A DNA stretch of 63,891 bases, the filler included, from Corallochytrium limacisporum Hawaii (taxonomy: Eukaryota > Protista > Pluriformea): the NCBI GenBank assembly GCA_002811645.1. It is 5 parts of 5 records of this genome, joined end to end, with 100 filler letters (N's around TTAATTAATTAA, not from the genome) between each part and the next. Parts side by side here need not be neighbours in the genome. Positions count along the whole stretch, not along the records: positions 1 to 18,291 come from PDIP01000063.1; 4 more parts are not named here. The stretch is one strand, 5' to 3'. Under the pieces are notes generated by a model. It was given only the letters and a program-made list of their open reading frames with translations. It ran no database searches and was not told where the DNA came from. Both the position numbers and the translations under genes were made by a program. Below, in pieces: positions 1-14,218 of this stretch (positions are counted from its first letter, which is position 1; every line of letters starts with the position of its first letter).

Positions 1-470
1 AGAAGGGAAGAGAGGGGCAGAGGGGGGGGGGTAAAGGGAGAGAGAGAGATGATCAAAGGAAGAGGGGTGGTGCGGTGGGGAGGGAAGGGGTGGAAAGGGC
101 AGAGAAACTCATGAAACTTAGGAGAGCGATCAAAGCTGCCTTTTGATCGGTTAGAACGTCAGGGGGCGATGGTGATGAGGGAAAGACTGTTTGTGAGCTA
201 TGGCGTTGAAATGGGTTGGGTCCTCTGTTTATACGTATGCGGATTGGACAAAAATCTGCCTTTCATTGTCGAGTCCGCACTTTTTATGTCGTCTATGCAA
301 GTGTGTATAGATGCGCTGGACAGTAATTGCCGGTGTCTCTGAGCAGACTGATCGAAACCTATGTAAAGGAAGTACCTGTGACTAGGATAAAGAGCCCTGA
401 ACTTGTTCAATGTAAGAATGGTATAAGTGCAGTGTTTGGATCAATACAATCCTTTGCGAGCAGAAAAACA

Positions 471-1673
471 ATGAGTATCGCACATTATCAGTCGATTGGA
501 CAGCCACACAGCCTATACAATATCCAACTCAGCCCGTCTGATTACAGCACAACCAACACAACCTCTCCCCCAGATAGTATGTCACACAGCCCTGTTCAGT
601 CTGCACTTCCCGGACCACCCCAGCACATTCCCGCACAGAAGGCGGAACACGAACACCACAGTATGCCCGAGGCAGCGCAACAGCAGCCGCGCCAGAGCGT
701 GCTCAAGACCGGACCAGGACGGAATCCCGAGTTCATGCTTACTCTGGGACGCCTTCTCGATGAGTCCAACCCGAACCCGTACATTTCATGGACCCAAGAC
801 GGTCTGTGTGTGAAGATTACAGATATGGAAGGCTTCAGCCGCACCGTCTTGCCCGTCTGGTTCCGTCACCGTAATGTCCGCTCCTTTGTGCGCCAGCTGA
901 ACATGTACGGTTTCAGCAAGGCCAAGGCAAAGCCCCGTAAGGAGAATGGTAAGGAAGTCGCCTACTTCCAGCACGCCATCTTCCGCCGTGGAAACGAGGC
1001 CGCCTGCTTCGACATTCGTCGCAACTACAGAAAGAAGAGCTCTTCCAAGAAGAACTCTACCGCTTCCGCCACTGGTGCTGTGGGTGGTCGCGCCATGTCT
1101 ACCACTTCCCTGCGTGCACTGGGCAGCGCGTCGACACGGTCCTCGACCGCTTCTATGCATGAAGTCCCTGCATGGGGCACCCCCGGTGCTGGACACGACA
1201 TGTGGACGAGTGCGTCTGCAGCCAACGCAGGACTGTCCCCTGCCCTGCCCTTCATGAATGCCATGAGCCAACCCCGATACCATAGTCGCGATGAGTTGGA
1301 GATGGGCATAACAGGTGCGCAGACTGGTTACCTGAACGGTATGTATGGTGGTAATGTGCCCCAACAGTACACCCATCCGGCATCTGCGGGCACTCCGTCT
1401 GCTGCGGATGACTACTTCTCCACAGCTGCTGCTGCTGGCCAGTACGCGATGGAAGGCTTTGGCGATGTGCACAAGTTCATGGCATCGTCCGAGGCCGTGA
1501 CCGCAAGAAGGCGCTCGTCTGGATCCTCTGATTACACCACAAACCTGCTGGAATCATCCTACGGTGGTCAGCAACTGCAACCGATGCACCGAACATCTGG
1601 TGCTATGCCTCTGCAGTACGCTAACCTGGCAGGACACCAGGCGCAGCAACAGGAACAACAGTCACCTCCTTGA
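471..1673 (+). CDS. HSF-type DNA-binding transcription factor
   Basis: HSF DBD motifs: PEFMLTLGRLL, ISWTQDG, F..TVLPVWFRHRNVRSFVRQLNMYGFSK, YFQHAIFRRG...DIRR. A basic NLS-like RRNYRKK follows, then an S/A/Q-rich tail. First ATG is at 471 (the ORF track starts at TTG 327). Confidence 0.9.
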   Translation: MSIAHYQSIGQPHSLYNIQLSPSDYSTTNTTSPPDSMSHSPVQSALPGPPQHIPAQKAEHEHHSMPEAAQQQPRQSVLKTGPGRNPEFMLTLGRLLDESNPNPYISWTQDGLCVKITDMEGFSRTVLPVWFRHRNVRSFVRQLNMYGFSKAKAKPRKENGKEVAYFQHAIFRRGNEAACFDIRRNYRKKSSSKKNSTASATGAVGGRAMSTTSLRALGSASTRSSTASMHEVPAWGTPGAGHDMWTSASAANAGLSPALPFMNAMSQPRYHSRDELEMGITGAQTGYLNGMYGGNVPQQYTHPASAGTPSAADDYFSTAAAAGQYAMEGFGDVHKFMASSEAVTARRRSSGSSDYTTNLLESSYGGQQLQPMHRTSGAMPLQYANLAGHQAQQQEQQSPP

Positions 1674-2205
1674 GTGAGCTCTCCGTCGAGGCGATCTGTC
1701 GATCCTAGAGTCACCATCATCATGCACGTACAACAAGAACTGCCATCAAGGGCTGGACCAACCTCTTCCAGCGCATCGGTGTCACCGGCGACTTCAAAAA
1801 AGCAAAGACCATACCTTCCATCATCGTAACCATCATCGTCAACAATCCCATCCCTTGGTGGAATAGGCAAGCTTCTAGTTTCGAACGTGAGCATTGATTC
1901 CGTTTACGTAAGTATAGAATAAATTGTGCACAAATAAAAAAAAAGTAACATGCTCTCTTTTTTTTAGAGTACTTCATGAAACCCCTGTTATAGACAAATG
2001 GCTGTTCTACTGAGTTTTCGGGGCACCTATCGCACGTATCCAATCTCGAACCAAGGCGACCAACAAAGGTTTGGGGGATGAAGGCCCCGTGTAGACAGAC
2101 CACCATGGCTGTCGTTTCCGCGTTTGTACAGTTGTTCGATATCGTTGTGTTGCGGGTCACTGATAATCTTGGGATGGTTGGCTTCCCCCGTTAGCTGGCA
2201 TTTGG

Positions 2206-2206
<1 letters not shown>

Positions 2207-2256
<50 letters not shown>
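2207..2256. repeat. (AC)n microsatellite
   Basis: About 25 perfect AC units read directly. Confidence 0.95.
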
Positions 2257-2257
<1 letters not shown>

Positions 2258-5200
2258 ACACACGCGCGGGTAGGTGTGGGAGGGGGCGTAGAGTACTAGT
2301 AGTTCAGCGTCGCCTCCGCGGCCCCCCCCCGGGGGGNNNNNNNNNNNNNNNNNNNNNNNNNNNNNNNNNNNNNNNNNNNNNNNNNNNNNNNNNNNNNNNN
2401 NNNNNNNNNNNNNNNNNNNNNNNNNNNNNNNNNNNNNNNNNNNNNNNNNNNNNNNNNNNNNNNNNNNNNNNNNNNNNNNNNNNNNNNNNNNNNNNNNNNN
2501 NNNNNNNNNNNNNNNNNNNNNNNNNNNNNNNNNNNNNNNNNNNNNNNNNNNNNNNNNNNNNNNNNNNNNNNNNNNNNNNNNNNNNNNNNNNNNNNNNNNN
2601 NNNNNNNNNNNNNNNNNNNNNNNNNNNNNNNNNNNNNNNNNNNNNNNNNNNNNNNNNNNNNNNNNNNNNNNNNNNNNNNNNNNNNNNNNNNNNNNNNNNN
2701 NNNNNNNNNNNNNNNCCCCCGGGGACCTCCCCGATTAAAACCCACCACCCCCCCCCTCTCATCCCGCAAGAAAACTAAAAAAAGTACTAGCACTCGGATC
2801 CGTTTTGGTTTTGTTTTTTTACCCTTTTGCTTTTTTTTGCGGTGTGCCCAAGAACGATCGACGAGTGTCTAGGGAGGAAGAAGTAAAAAAATGGTTGGGT
2901 ACACACAGAGAGTTGCAATGTGGGCCAAGGGGTGTACACCCAGCATCCCAGCGTTTGTATGCGAAACTCCGCGACGCGCCGGGGTTTTGATGGGAACCTG
3001 AGATTATCTGCTTGCTGCAGCAAGACAGTGTTTTGTACTGCAGCATAAAAAAACAAAACAGGTAGATTAGGATTTCTGCAACGGGAAAACACGACGACTA
3101 AAACAAGAGCCTACGATACTTTTCGATCGTCGGAAATGCCCGCAAGAACAAATCACCCGTTCAGGACTCTCTCTACACACAAGAAAAAGTTCGACCTATT
3201 CTCGTAATCAACGCAACCCCCCAATCTATCGATTCGGTGCCGGCAGTGCCAACTCATGGGCGGCCGACTTTCAGCTTTGGTTTTTCCCGTGAACAATCGC
3301 AGGCATACAGCACGGAGCCATAGTCAGCAACCTGGGCATCGCTGCGATAGCTTCGCTAACCGGTCGCAGAGTTCGCACACAGGAAACGGAAACCGCTCGG
3401 AAGGTGTTCAATGGCAGCAGGCCCGCACCATTAGGGCACCAAAATTCATATAAATTGTACTGGATTTGGGTGGGCTTGCGGGCGGCTTGTGCGCTGCAAA
3501 CTGATGGTACAAGATACGAATGCTCATGTGGGTACCTGCAGCATATTCCCATAGTCAATGAACCAAGTTCTTGATTCGAGGTAGATGCGGGAGGCTTTGG
3601 ATCGTTTGTTCCCAGCACTTTGCGGCGACTGCCCAGACACGGGGCGATCACCCTTGTCTTTAGCAACGAAATCTAATAACGGTACTGCCAGTAGATATGA
3701 CACGTGTCATCGAGTAGCAGTGCTTGTCGGCGGTGGAGGTGGCCACATATACTTCTGCGATCGCTGTCTCCGTGGTACTCTTCAAAGGTAGTGGTAAGTG
3801 GTAGCATCACCTCAATCTTCAACATCACACGGACATGCTGTGTATGATCGAACATCTGCCTGAGGACCCACGTATGCTGGCATGCACTCCGTGCACGTCG
3901 ACAGGTGCAGGTCTAGTTACATGCTGAAGGGTGCTGATGAATAGTGTTGCCACGTTTGGGACTGCAGAGATGCACATGAACCCTATTGCGGATCACATCC
4001 AATTCACTCGCTATCGTGTGGTTGGTCAGCACCTCGCTCACAAAGCGGGTAGCTGACTTATGGGGCTATGTGGGGGGTGCTCTTTCAGATAGTGGAGCCT
4101 TTACCACTAACTTGGACGGAGCAGATGTGCCGTTTCCCGGCGTCTACGCTGCTTGTCTGCGTGCATGGGCATGCAAGGCGATACAATGCATACGGAAAAT
4201 GCCGGATGACAATGGAAGCGACACATCCGTTTGTGCGTTTGCAAACCGTTGGTGCGAGATAAACATCACCAACCGCTCTAGGTCTTATCATTCAGTCTTG
4301 GGGTCCGTTGATGGCGGATTGTCTCGTAACATTTCCCTACGCGTCCCTGTGGTTCGATGGACGCCTGAACGCGCCTCTTGAACCGGGGTCGTACCAATGC
4401 GAATGGAGGAATACTTAGCCCAGTATTGGCCGGTGCCAGTCGTGCAATTGCATGTCGGCTGCTTGTATGGCTGTGGCTATGCGTGCATACCACATGTACC
4501 CAGTATGTGTCCTAACTGATGACAGATGGAGATGGCTCACCCGCCTGTCCTTCCCGCTTCTACAGGGACAAATTAACGTAAAACGAGGCAAGTATCCAAC
4601 GAAATAAGGAAACTATTACCGATAGGAGGTCCGTGTTATTGATGGCTTGCAGTTTGGGTCGTCGTTCTTAAGGATTTCAAAATTAATACATGCCTCGCCC
4701 ACTCCCCCCCCCTGTGCGTCAGGAATGTGCGCATACTGAGTCCTTGTTTAGGTATCCATTGTATTGAATGCTTATTAAATGAAATATTCGGGACACATAA
4801 TGACAGGCGAATGGAACGAATGCCTGCGAGGCAAAAGGGAAACCGATCAGTGAGTATCCAAGAGACAGTAATATAAAGAAGGGCTCTATTTTTTTTTCAC
4901 CTTCCTGCTCGTCTCTCTCCTCCCTTTTTCTCTCTCCCGACTACCTCTTTCTGTCACAAGCGCAAAACAAAGTAACAAAAGAAGAAGAACCAGAGAAGAA
5001 AAAGAAAGAAAGAAAAAAGGAATGATACGAAGAGCAAGGGAGTGAGACACAGGCGCACACACACACACACGCCCGCCCGCACGCACGCACGCACTGACAG
5101 AGTCGGTTCTGCGTCTAAGCGGCCCCCGGTAGGGGCCCAACTGGCGCTCTCGCTCATCTCCCTCTCTCTCTCTCTGTGTACCATGCGCTAGTTCTGTAGC

Positions 5201-5840
5201 TTTGCACGCCCAAAAGGTGTGTGTGTGTGTGACACTGACAGACAGCCAGCCAGCCAGCCAGCCAGCGAGCGAGATGTCACGGACAGACACCCGACTCTGC
5301 CACGATGGAAAATATTAAGTACCTTCACAAAAAAGGAAAGTATTTCTGAATCCCATACTTTATATATGTGTTCAGACATTCCTTTCTCGCCTCCCATACC
5401 TCCCCCTTTCTCTCCCGGCGTGCCAGGAGGTGGGGAGACGAGGCGGCTAAAGTAGGTCCAGTGCGCGCGGCTGGTTCGTATCGGTGTTATTGCAGGAGAG
5501 TGTTGCTGTGTCCAGTTTCCATTCTCGGTTGCTTCGTTCGTGTCAGTTTTTTACCATCTAACCAAGAGTAATACGCTTGCAAAAACTCTATGCCAAAAAT
5601 ACGGGCCTTTCGGTATGGAGAGGACCCCACACGGGTCCCCTCCCCAAGGTTCCGTCCTTCTCGGTACCTTCCTGTCAAGCGGTACACCGGGAGATAAACT
5701 CCGGGAGGGTGCGGTAGTAGATCTAAAGCAACAGTTCCGTGTGACACTTTGACACTCTCCCATTATCCATGACACGCTGGGCCATGTGTTCCTCCCGGGT
5801 CTTTCTGCCCTTCTTCCCTTTCTCCATTTCTTTTTTTTTT

Positions 5841-5844
<4 letters not shown>

Positions 5845-5929
<85 letters not shown>
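5845..5929. repeat. (CT)n microsatellite
   Basis: About 85-bp TC run with one interruption at 5881. Confidence 0.95.
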
Positions 5930-5933
<4 letters not shown>

Positions 5934-8900
5934 CGCTCAGCGGTTCCCGCCTTTTCTCTGATTTTCTTTTTCTTTGGCCTTTGCAAAAATCTCTATCCCC
6001 CCTTCCGGGGTCGTTGGTTGGTTGTTTCTGCTAGCCCCTGTTGAACAGGGGCCGGTACTTAAATGGAAGTAAAGGGGAATAATGGAAAGATCGACGAACG
6101 AGGAACCGATGCGATTTTGGTTGCATCCACGGTTGTTGAGGGGCAGCACTCTACCGTAACGGCCATACCCCGTTATGTGCGGGGCGGCGTGGCAATGATC
6201 GGTTAGCAATTTTCGTGCATGCATGATGATGTTCAGGTGGGGAAGGGGGACTGATCGTGGTGCACCTTGCTACTTTCTTAGATCTCCTGTCTGAGACGGG
6301 ACTTTTGAGTTTGAACAGTCCACTCCCTTTGTTCCGATGCGGTCGGTCGGAACGTGGTTTGGAATGAAGGTCAGACTGGCACGGGCTCTTAAGGCCTTAA
6401 TCTGTGTCAGTTTGATGTTGTGGTTACGTAAGTGTTACATTTATTATATAGCATGTAAGTATAAAGAAAACAAAAGAACGGGGGAGTGGGTGGGAGAACA
6501 TGTGCCACACTTGTGTGTTTAAGTTCATGATTTTGTGGCTGCTAAGCAATTTCAGCTCTGGGTTTTTGGTGGCTCGCAGTGGGGCGGCCCCCTCCCCCNN
6601 NNNNNNNNNNNNNNNNNNNNNNNNNNNNNNNNNNNNNNNNNNNNNNNNNNNNNNNNNNNNNNNNNNNNNNNNNNNNNNNNNNNNNNNNNNNNNNNNNNNN
6701 NNNNNNNNNNNNNNNNNNNNNNNNNNNNNNNNNNNNNNNNNNNNNNNNNNNNNNNNNNNNNNNNNNNNNNNNNNNNNNNNNNNNNNNNNNNNNNNNNNNN
6801 NNNNNNNNNNNNNNNNNNNNNNNNNNNNNNNNNNNNNNNNNNNNNNNNNNNNNNNNNNNNNNNNNCACACCCCGCGGGTTCTTCCACTTGTACGCGCACA
6901 CCACACCAACCCGTGAATGCACACGCTCAACCACCTACCACTCACGCACACACGCACCGAAGCATGCACACGCAACTCGCACACACACACACACGTCCGG
7001 TTAACGCGCTGCCGAAAGAAGATGGGCACATTTTTCTTGATTCCACACGCGAGACGAGGAAAACTAAGCGTGAGCTCCGCCCCGCGATCTTCCGTTAGAT
7101 GAAAGGCGCGGTACGGTTAGAACATGACCGTGAGTGGTGATTCGGGTGGGGTGTACATGGGAGAAGAGTCCTGTAGGTGATGAGCATGCATGCCCGGTTC
7201 ACGACGGGCTGCATACCTGAAGATCGTCCACCATCATCTTGTTTCGACCAAGCACGAAACAGGCTCACGACGATGCACAGTAAGGTCGTCCGTTCCCCCA
7301 TCCCGCTCTTCCTGTTTCTTGGGCGGAAAGCAATAAAGAAAAATCCTGAAAAGAGCCAAGAAAAATAGCAATCGACACAGAACACCGAACTGGAATGTTC
7401 GATCTCTTCGTCAACCACTTCCTTTGGTATTTTCTCTTCTTCCGTTACGATTGTTCCAAAGGGGATAAAAATATGTAAAAGGGATTCTCTCCCGGGGTGG
7501 GACACACGCAACAATCCGCGAGTTTTCTTTTTCGTTGTTTGAACAGTTTGTACACTTCCTACAACGTACAACAATTAATGGGATCTCTAATGCTATGACG
7601 AAGATCTCACCAATAAATACCATGGCGGGGCTGAAGAAGAAAAAGAACGAGCACACTCTGGTGTGTGTGAGTGTGTGTGCTTATCGACCGATCCCTCATC
7701 CCGAATGCGTGATACAATCAACTTTAAATACGACTGTATATCACAAGTCCAGTGCTCCCCCAAGGTCCAACGTTCAAGTAGATAGGGAGGACACGGTGTG
7801 GCGGGGAGGACTACTCGTTGATTTGTGGTCTGCATGCTTTGAACCAACTCTGGTACGCACAAAGTATTCCTACACCGGTAGATCCTGGAACCACATAGGC
7901 AAAACAGGGTTATACAGACTGTCAATTTCAATGTCATCCGATAGTCTCATGTCACAGTTTAGTTGTGCTTCCTTGGTTCACCACACTGCCGAATCAGTGG
8001 CCCGTATCGTCAAATGGGATAGCGTACGATACGTGCTGCTTATTACAAAGGCGAGCAGAAACTTCTTAAGTGTTTCCTTTTGTTTCTGTTCTTTCGCTAT
8101 CGTGTTCCAATTTCTCTTCATGTCTACATCGATAAGGTCCAGGAAAGGAGATCGCAAGTAGGCCAAGGCATCCTGGACACAGAGATGACTCCCTGGATTC
8201 AAGGTACACTGAATGGACAACAAAGGAGCGGCCCTGGGTACTGAAACTATGGAGAAACATGGACAAAAAGTTCGGCAACTAGTATGCAACTGTGATTGCG
8301 CCCTCGTCATTCTTTCGTCAATTACAATATATACAAATACAAAACACCCAAAAGTCTAAGTGCTGTTTTGAGAAGGAAAAGTGTTTTCAGAAGTAGACTG
8401 CTCTGCAGACGCGCTGCAAATCGAGCGGTCCCATTCCATTTCTTTCCCCTTTTTCTCTTTCCTTCCCATCCACTGTCCCTTTCCATATTTTTTTTAAAGA
8501 AAAGGGGACTGACGACGGGTCCGTCCGTTGGCTGTGTGTGCCCTGCTCCCCTTTTCAGTCTCTGTCCCTCTTCTTAGTAGCCGTTGTGATCTTTTTGTCG
8601 TCAATTGTCGTTCAAGGGGTTTTCTCATCCGGTTATGGGGCTTCGCCCGGGTCCGTGGATATGGTGCCAACATCAGAGCAACCGGGGAGGAACAGCGATC
8701 GACGGTGCGATGCGTATGTCGTTTAAGTGGACAACACTGAGTTAGCTTAGCTATTTTGCTTGCCATTGGGGCCGAACGAACTGAAACCTCCGGTATGAAG
8801 CAAACTTCCATCGGCACGTCGTAAGCCGATGCACGACTAGTATTCTCGCTAGTGCCACAGACAACCCACGTCTTCGACTTCCCTCTAAGTGACAACCATA

Positions 8901-10714
8901 CTGGGAGTCATTTGGTATTTTGGTGGGTAGACGGGTGGCCAAGTGCCCCATTCTCAGGGAGTCTTCGCATCGAAAGTAGCAAGATGGCTGAGATGTTGCT
9001 GTACTGCGGTGCTTGTTGGTTTTCTCTGTTCTATGATCTTGCCAACCCGCTTGTTTTTGCCTTTCCTGTGTTCCAGTACCTTGCCCTGACATTCCACTGA
9101 AACGGTGTCTAGGATAAGTGATATTTTCACTGCCGTAGGCGTAGCTCGAGATCAGGTTGCGCCTTAGGAGGAGATTGTGACGACGATGGATCCATCTATC
9201 GGTTATGCAGGATAGGGGGCAAGGCAATCTCTACCGACAGCAACAAAAAGTCAGCATGTTCTGCAGCGTCACGGAGTCTGTTTAACTGTGGTGTATTTGT
9301 GAAGCAGACGATGTGCTTCAAGGCACTCCCTCTGGCAGCAACAGCGCACCCGAGTTCACTTTGTGTCCATTTGTCCTCCTGCATCCAGCAGCATCATCAT
9401 CTCTCGTTACCCGTCCCCACCTGCTACCATCATCAATGGTGATTTAGGCGCCCACACGATGGTCTGGATGCTGGGAGAACATCGATTGAGGAGGAAGCTA
9501 CTCCTCAAGAGGAGAACCTGTGATGCGAATGTTGCGACCTCGATTGGGAAGAGGCGTTTGTCATCGAGTAAGAATGTTTCAAATCCTAACCTTCGAAACC
9601 TCGAAGAATGCTCGACGACCACACGGCCCACACCTAGCTTTTTTTTTTGAATTTTTGTTCACAAGTCTAAGATCTTGACAGTACGTGACATTCCACATCC
9701 TCAGGAAGATTTACCGCCCTTGCCACACTAGAAATCAATGAGGCCAGCAAACACCACCAAGCACGTATTTGGGTGTGTTTCCAAAAGAGAGTTTCAATCT
9801 CTCGCGCCGTAGCATCTGTCTCTCGACAGCCCGGGCCATTGGCCCTTCCGTGTCCCAGGTTTTGTTCTCAGATCCATCTTAGTAGCGTTTCAATATTCGA
9901 AAAAAAAAAGGAGCAAATAGTAGCAATAGTCAAGGGCCAGAGAACATGCGAAGGAACATGATGAATCTGGCCTAGTTGGACATTGCAGTCGGTTGGATAC
10001 GCATCCGATGCTAGTGCGCGAGCGTTAGCTGGCACAGTACTATGACCATGATAGAAAAATCGAGCTGATCATGGATGACTGCTCATACAAACAGTTTCCA
10101 GCATTTTAACATCCGATCACAAATGCTTCAACCACCCGTCGCACAGTGAGACTCGTGGCAGTGGAAGCGGGCATAAAGCAGGACGATTAGATGGTAGAAG
10201 ACGAAGCTTCTTTCAAATCCCGCATGCTCCCGGTGATGTCTGCGTCACATAATTCCCTTCTATGATAAACTTGTTGTTGCTGTTTGTGCATCATAAACGA
10301 TTGCCTGCTGGTATCACATCAGAGCCATGTCTGTTGCATTTTCACCCAACAATGCACATCGGAATGCTGTAGAGACCAGGTTCAAAATGGAACAAGCTGG
10401 CATTGCTATTGTTCATACTGACATGGTGCTTATATGTTCACAATGTGTTTGCATGTGCTAGTCAGGCCGAAGAACACCGCCGCTGCTTGTGTTGTCACCT
10501 GTGTGTCGACACATACAATCAACACCAAGCCCCAGAGAGAGAGAGAAAGGCCCGCCTGACCTGGATAATTTCTCGTTCGGGGAAAAGGGGAATTAAAATA
10601 AAAAACAACCAAAGAGCCAAAAGGAAAAGATAAAAGAAAACGAAAAAAACCTAATGGCCCTTCAAATCGTCATCACAGAACGCCCCTCCCGCCCCCCCCT
10701 CCCTCTTCGCCCGT

Positions 10715-10749
<35 letters not shown>

Positions 10750-13700
10750 GACGAACGCATCCCCGACTACGCACACACACACACACATACACCAACACGT
10801 TTTCTTTTATTCTCGCTCCCTACGCAATGGGCGGTTCTATTAATGAGTGTATATGAGAATTAATGCGCTCACATAAACGCCTGCATAATTCTGGCTCTGG
10901 CTCTGGCTCTGGCTCTCTCTCTCTCTCTCTTTACTTTCTCTGTTCTGTGCGGTGCGTGTGTGTGTATATCGTCACGAAGGAGCGGCGGGGAGGGGGGGGG
11001 GGGGGGNNNNNNNNNNNNNNNNNNNNNNNNNNNNNNNNNNNNNNNNNNNNNNNNNNNNNNNNNNNNNNNNNNNNNNNNNGGGGGGAAGAGAGGGAAAAGC
11101 GACGGGCGGTGGAGGGAGAGACAAAAAAAAAGAGAGAGGGAGAGAGAGAGAAGAAGAAGAAGAAGAATAAAAAGGAGTGACGATTGGGAAGAAGAGGCAC
11201 GTTGGACAATCTTGCGAAAGCCGGGGTATACTCACGGCAAAGAAAACGAAGGAAAGAAAGAAAGGGAAAAAAATACGGGGAATGTTTTCTTAACATGTCA
11301 ACAACAACCACGACGGAAAGAGAGAATATAAATCCCAAAAATAAAAAAGAAGGAAGAAAATATGCCTTCCTCTCTCTCCTCCCAGGGTGGTTGGAACCGC
11401 GGCTCTTAAGTACTTCCTTAGCGGGTTCTCTTCTTTTGTTTACCAACGCGCGGCACCCACGGGTGTTGCGGCGTCGCGGAGGCAGAGACGCAGAGACGCA
11501 GAGAGAGAGAGAGGGAGAGGGAGAGGGAGAGGGAGAGCGAAGGAAAACTACGGACTGTACAAGTTAGAAAGAGAAATGGAAAGAAAATAAAAAAGGGGGG
11601 AGGAAAGAGAACCCCCGTAAGACCAGGCGACGCCGCGAGGCCGCGAGTGGGTGAGAAAAACATGGAAGCGGCAGGAGACTAGAGGTCGTGCCGTCAACCC
11701 CCCCCCCAAAACCCCCAACTGCGAGATTTCGGCAAATGTCTCGAAATCGCAGACGTCCCCCCCCCCTCTCGAGAAGAGTTACGGTTTAAAAAAAATACGG
11801 AAGAAGTTTGGTACATCGTAGTTTACGTAATTACATTCCGCAAGCTATATCTCGTCACTACCACTGTAACACCTCTCTCTCTCTCTCTCTCTCTCTCCCC
11901 TCCCTCCCCCATCTCTCATCATTTCGTTCCTTTCTGGTTTGTTTCGGTATTTTCATTTAAAGTATGTGTCCTCATCTCTCTGCCTCTCCAGATTTCCTCT
12001 CCCGCGCGCGCATCCCTCCCCGCCCCCTCCCTCCCACTCCCGTTCACAATGTTTCAGTTTATTTATTCACCGAATCTCTATTTTTTTTCTCTGCGGGTCA
12101 GACGGACAACCCGCGGCTAGCAATTTTTCCATAATTCTTTTCTGTTGTATATTTCTTTTCCGTGTTTTGTTAGCGAGTGAGAACGTGATAAGGGCTGATG
12201 TGTATTTACCACACGCTATGATCTTTACCTACCAAAAAAATGAGGAAAAAGGAAAACTGAGAAGTAAAAAAATAAGCGGTGAATACCAACGTCAGCCTTC
12301 GGGAAACATAGGGGTGGCTGGCGCCTTGATAATTCTGAAGATATAAAAGAAAGAAAACGGAATAGAAAGAAATAGAGCGTACGTAGCACATGAACATCAT
12401 AACTCGCCAAAATTACAAAAGTTAACGCCCAATAGTGCGTTGTCAGAACGGACATAAACATTCCATGTCATAGTGCGTGACGAGTAGAAGAAAAACGAAG
12501 AGGAAGAAGAAAGAAAGAACTATTCCCGGCATCAATAGCTCTATAGTCGGTATATTTTAATGGCTTGCTTGCTACTTTTCTTTTACCAATTATTTTTGCG
12601 CCGCCCACGGTATTTTCTATTGTCGTGGAGTACATACAGGTGGCGATAGCATGCGGTAATATTCCCGTCTGGGATCTTTCGTGGTCAGCGAACATCTGTG
12701 ACAGTTCCAACACTATAGAAACAGTACTGCCAACATGATCCGAGTGTGAACAACTCCAGCTCACATTGAATCCGTTTTACCTTTTGTGTCTTCCGGATTG
12801 CGAGACTACGAATCTTGTTGTCACTATTCTGAGAGGGTCACTGTGGAACTACGCAGCAACCAAATCCGATGGAATGCGAAGGCCACAACCGCAAACTGAT
12901 AGAACGCACAAACGCAAAAAGAGGATTTGCTCATCACTTTAGTGACTTGAATGAAGTGTACTAAATAGAAAAAGGAGAGGACCTCAGAGGTTGAGGTTTG
13001 TTGTTCGGTTTGCGCCAATCGCGAACAGGGTACACCTTACCATTCACTAATGATGGTCATCGGCATCAGACCACGCGTCAAAGCTGTCAAAATGTTTGGA
13101 TAGTCGACACTCCGATGTCTGAAAAACTGATGGGGGTGGATGAGTCAACGAATGGGCAAGCAGGTCAGACAGAAGCTCCGACGGGTGCTGGTCCGCCGTC
13201 CTCCTTATCATGGCAGCAAGCATTCGGAGACAGGTAGATGATGACATGTTTTGAGAATTCATGCGCTCTCGAGCATGGTGAACATATCGAACACAACGAT
13301 ACCGTACGGTAGTGCACAATTTTCGATGAGAGAGGTTACAGATGTGAGCAAGGAGCGACAAGCGTTCGGTGTGAATCCCTAGAATTTATGTTGCTGGCAT
13401 ACGAACCCTATTGAAAGTAAAATTCTGAAACACAAAGAGCAAGCAGTGTATTCCATCAGAACACATCTTCGGTTCACGGATCATGTGTCAGCAGCCAGGC
13501 TTGTGAGAGATGTGGCCAGACTACAATCATAAGAAGAATCAAATGTGAATCACGTTCACAGGGGAGGCTGTTTTCCATACATAATAAACGTCTCCAGGCC
13601 CTCTTCAGTATTCTCAGTACCGCGCAAGCTTACCTCTGTGAAAATTCTGAACGTCCGGATATATTTATCCATACGTACGGCTACCACAGCTGCCGAGGAG

Positions 13701-14218
13701 GGGGCCCCTTACTGGCAAAGGGGAAAATAATTGGGAGTAACAGCAGCGCAAGGCAGAGAGACTCTCTCTTCCCCCGCGGGGGGGGGGGAGGGAGAGATGG
13801 AGAAACCCGGGGAGAAGGAAAGGACGGGGGTTCTTGGGGGGAGGGGGGGGTTAGACCAAAGGGACAGGGCCTGTGGGCCGGGCGGGCCGGGGCGCGTTAG
13901 AGACGGGCGCCTCTCCCGGCTGTCGGAAGCGTAACAAGGGGACACAGTGCTGTTTGTGCCATCCTGAAGCCCACTGGTATTTCACGTTGTGGGTCAATGG
14001 ACATGTAAATTTAGATTTGAGAGGAAATATTATGAATACATTAACATGTGCTGCTGGACGGCAATGTAAACCGAAGAAATGTGAGGTAGAGTAAACCATT
14101 GGGATCGACTGAAGACATACCTTCATTTGCAAGTGCAGCCATGACGAGTACATGACGAGTAGAATACAACCTCATCCCTGGATCTACTGGGGCGCTGAAT
14201 TAAAAGGAAGGATTTAGA

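Noticed and set aside
1674-1829. 51 open codons after the HSF TGA (readthrough or selenocysteine?)
   Set aside because: Length is compatible with chance, the context is TGA-G rather than a leaky TGA-C, and no SECIS or conserved motif was seen. Other genes here use TGA as a normal stop.
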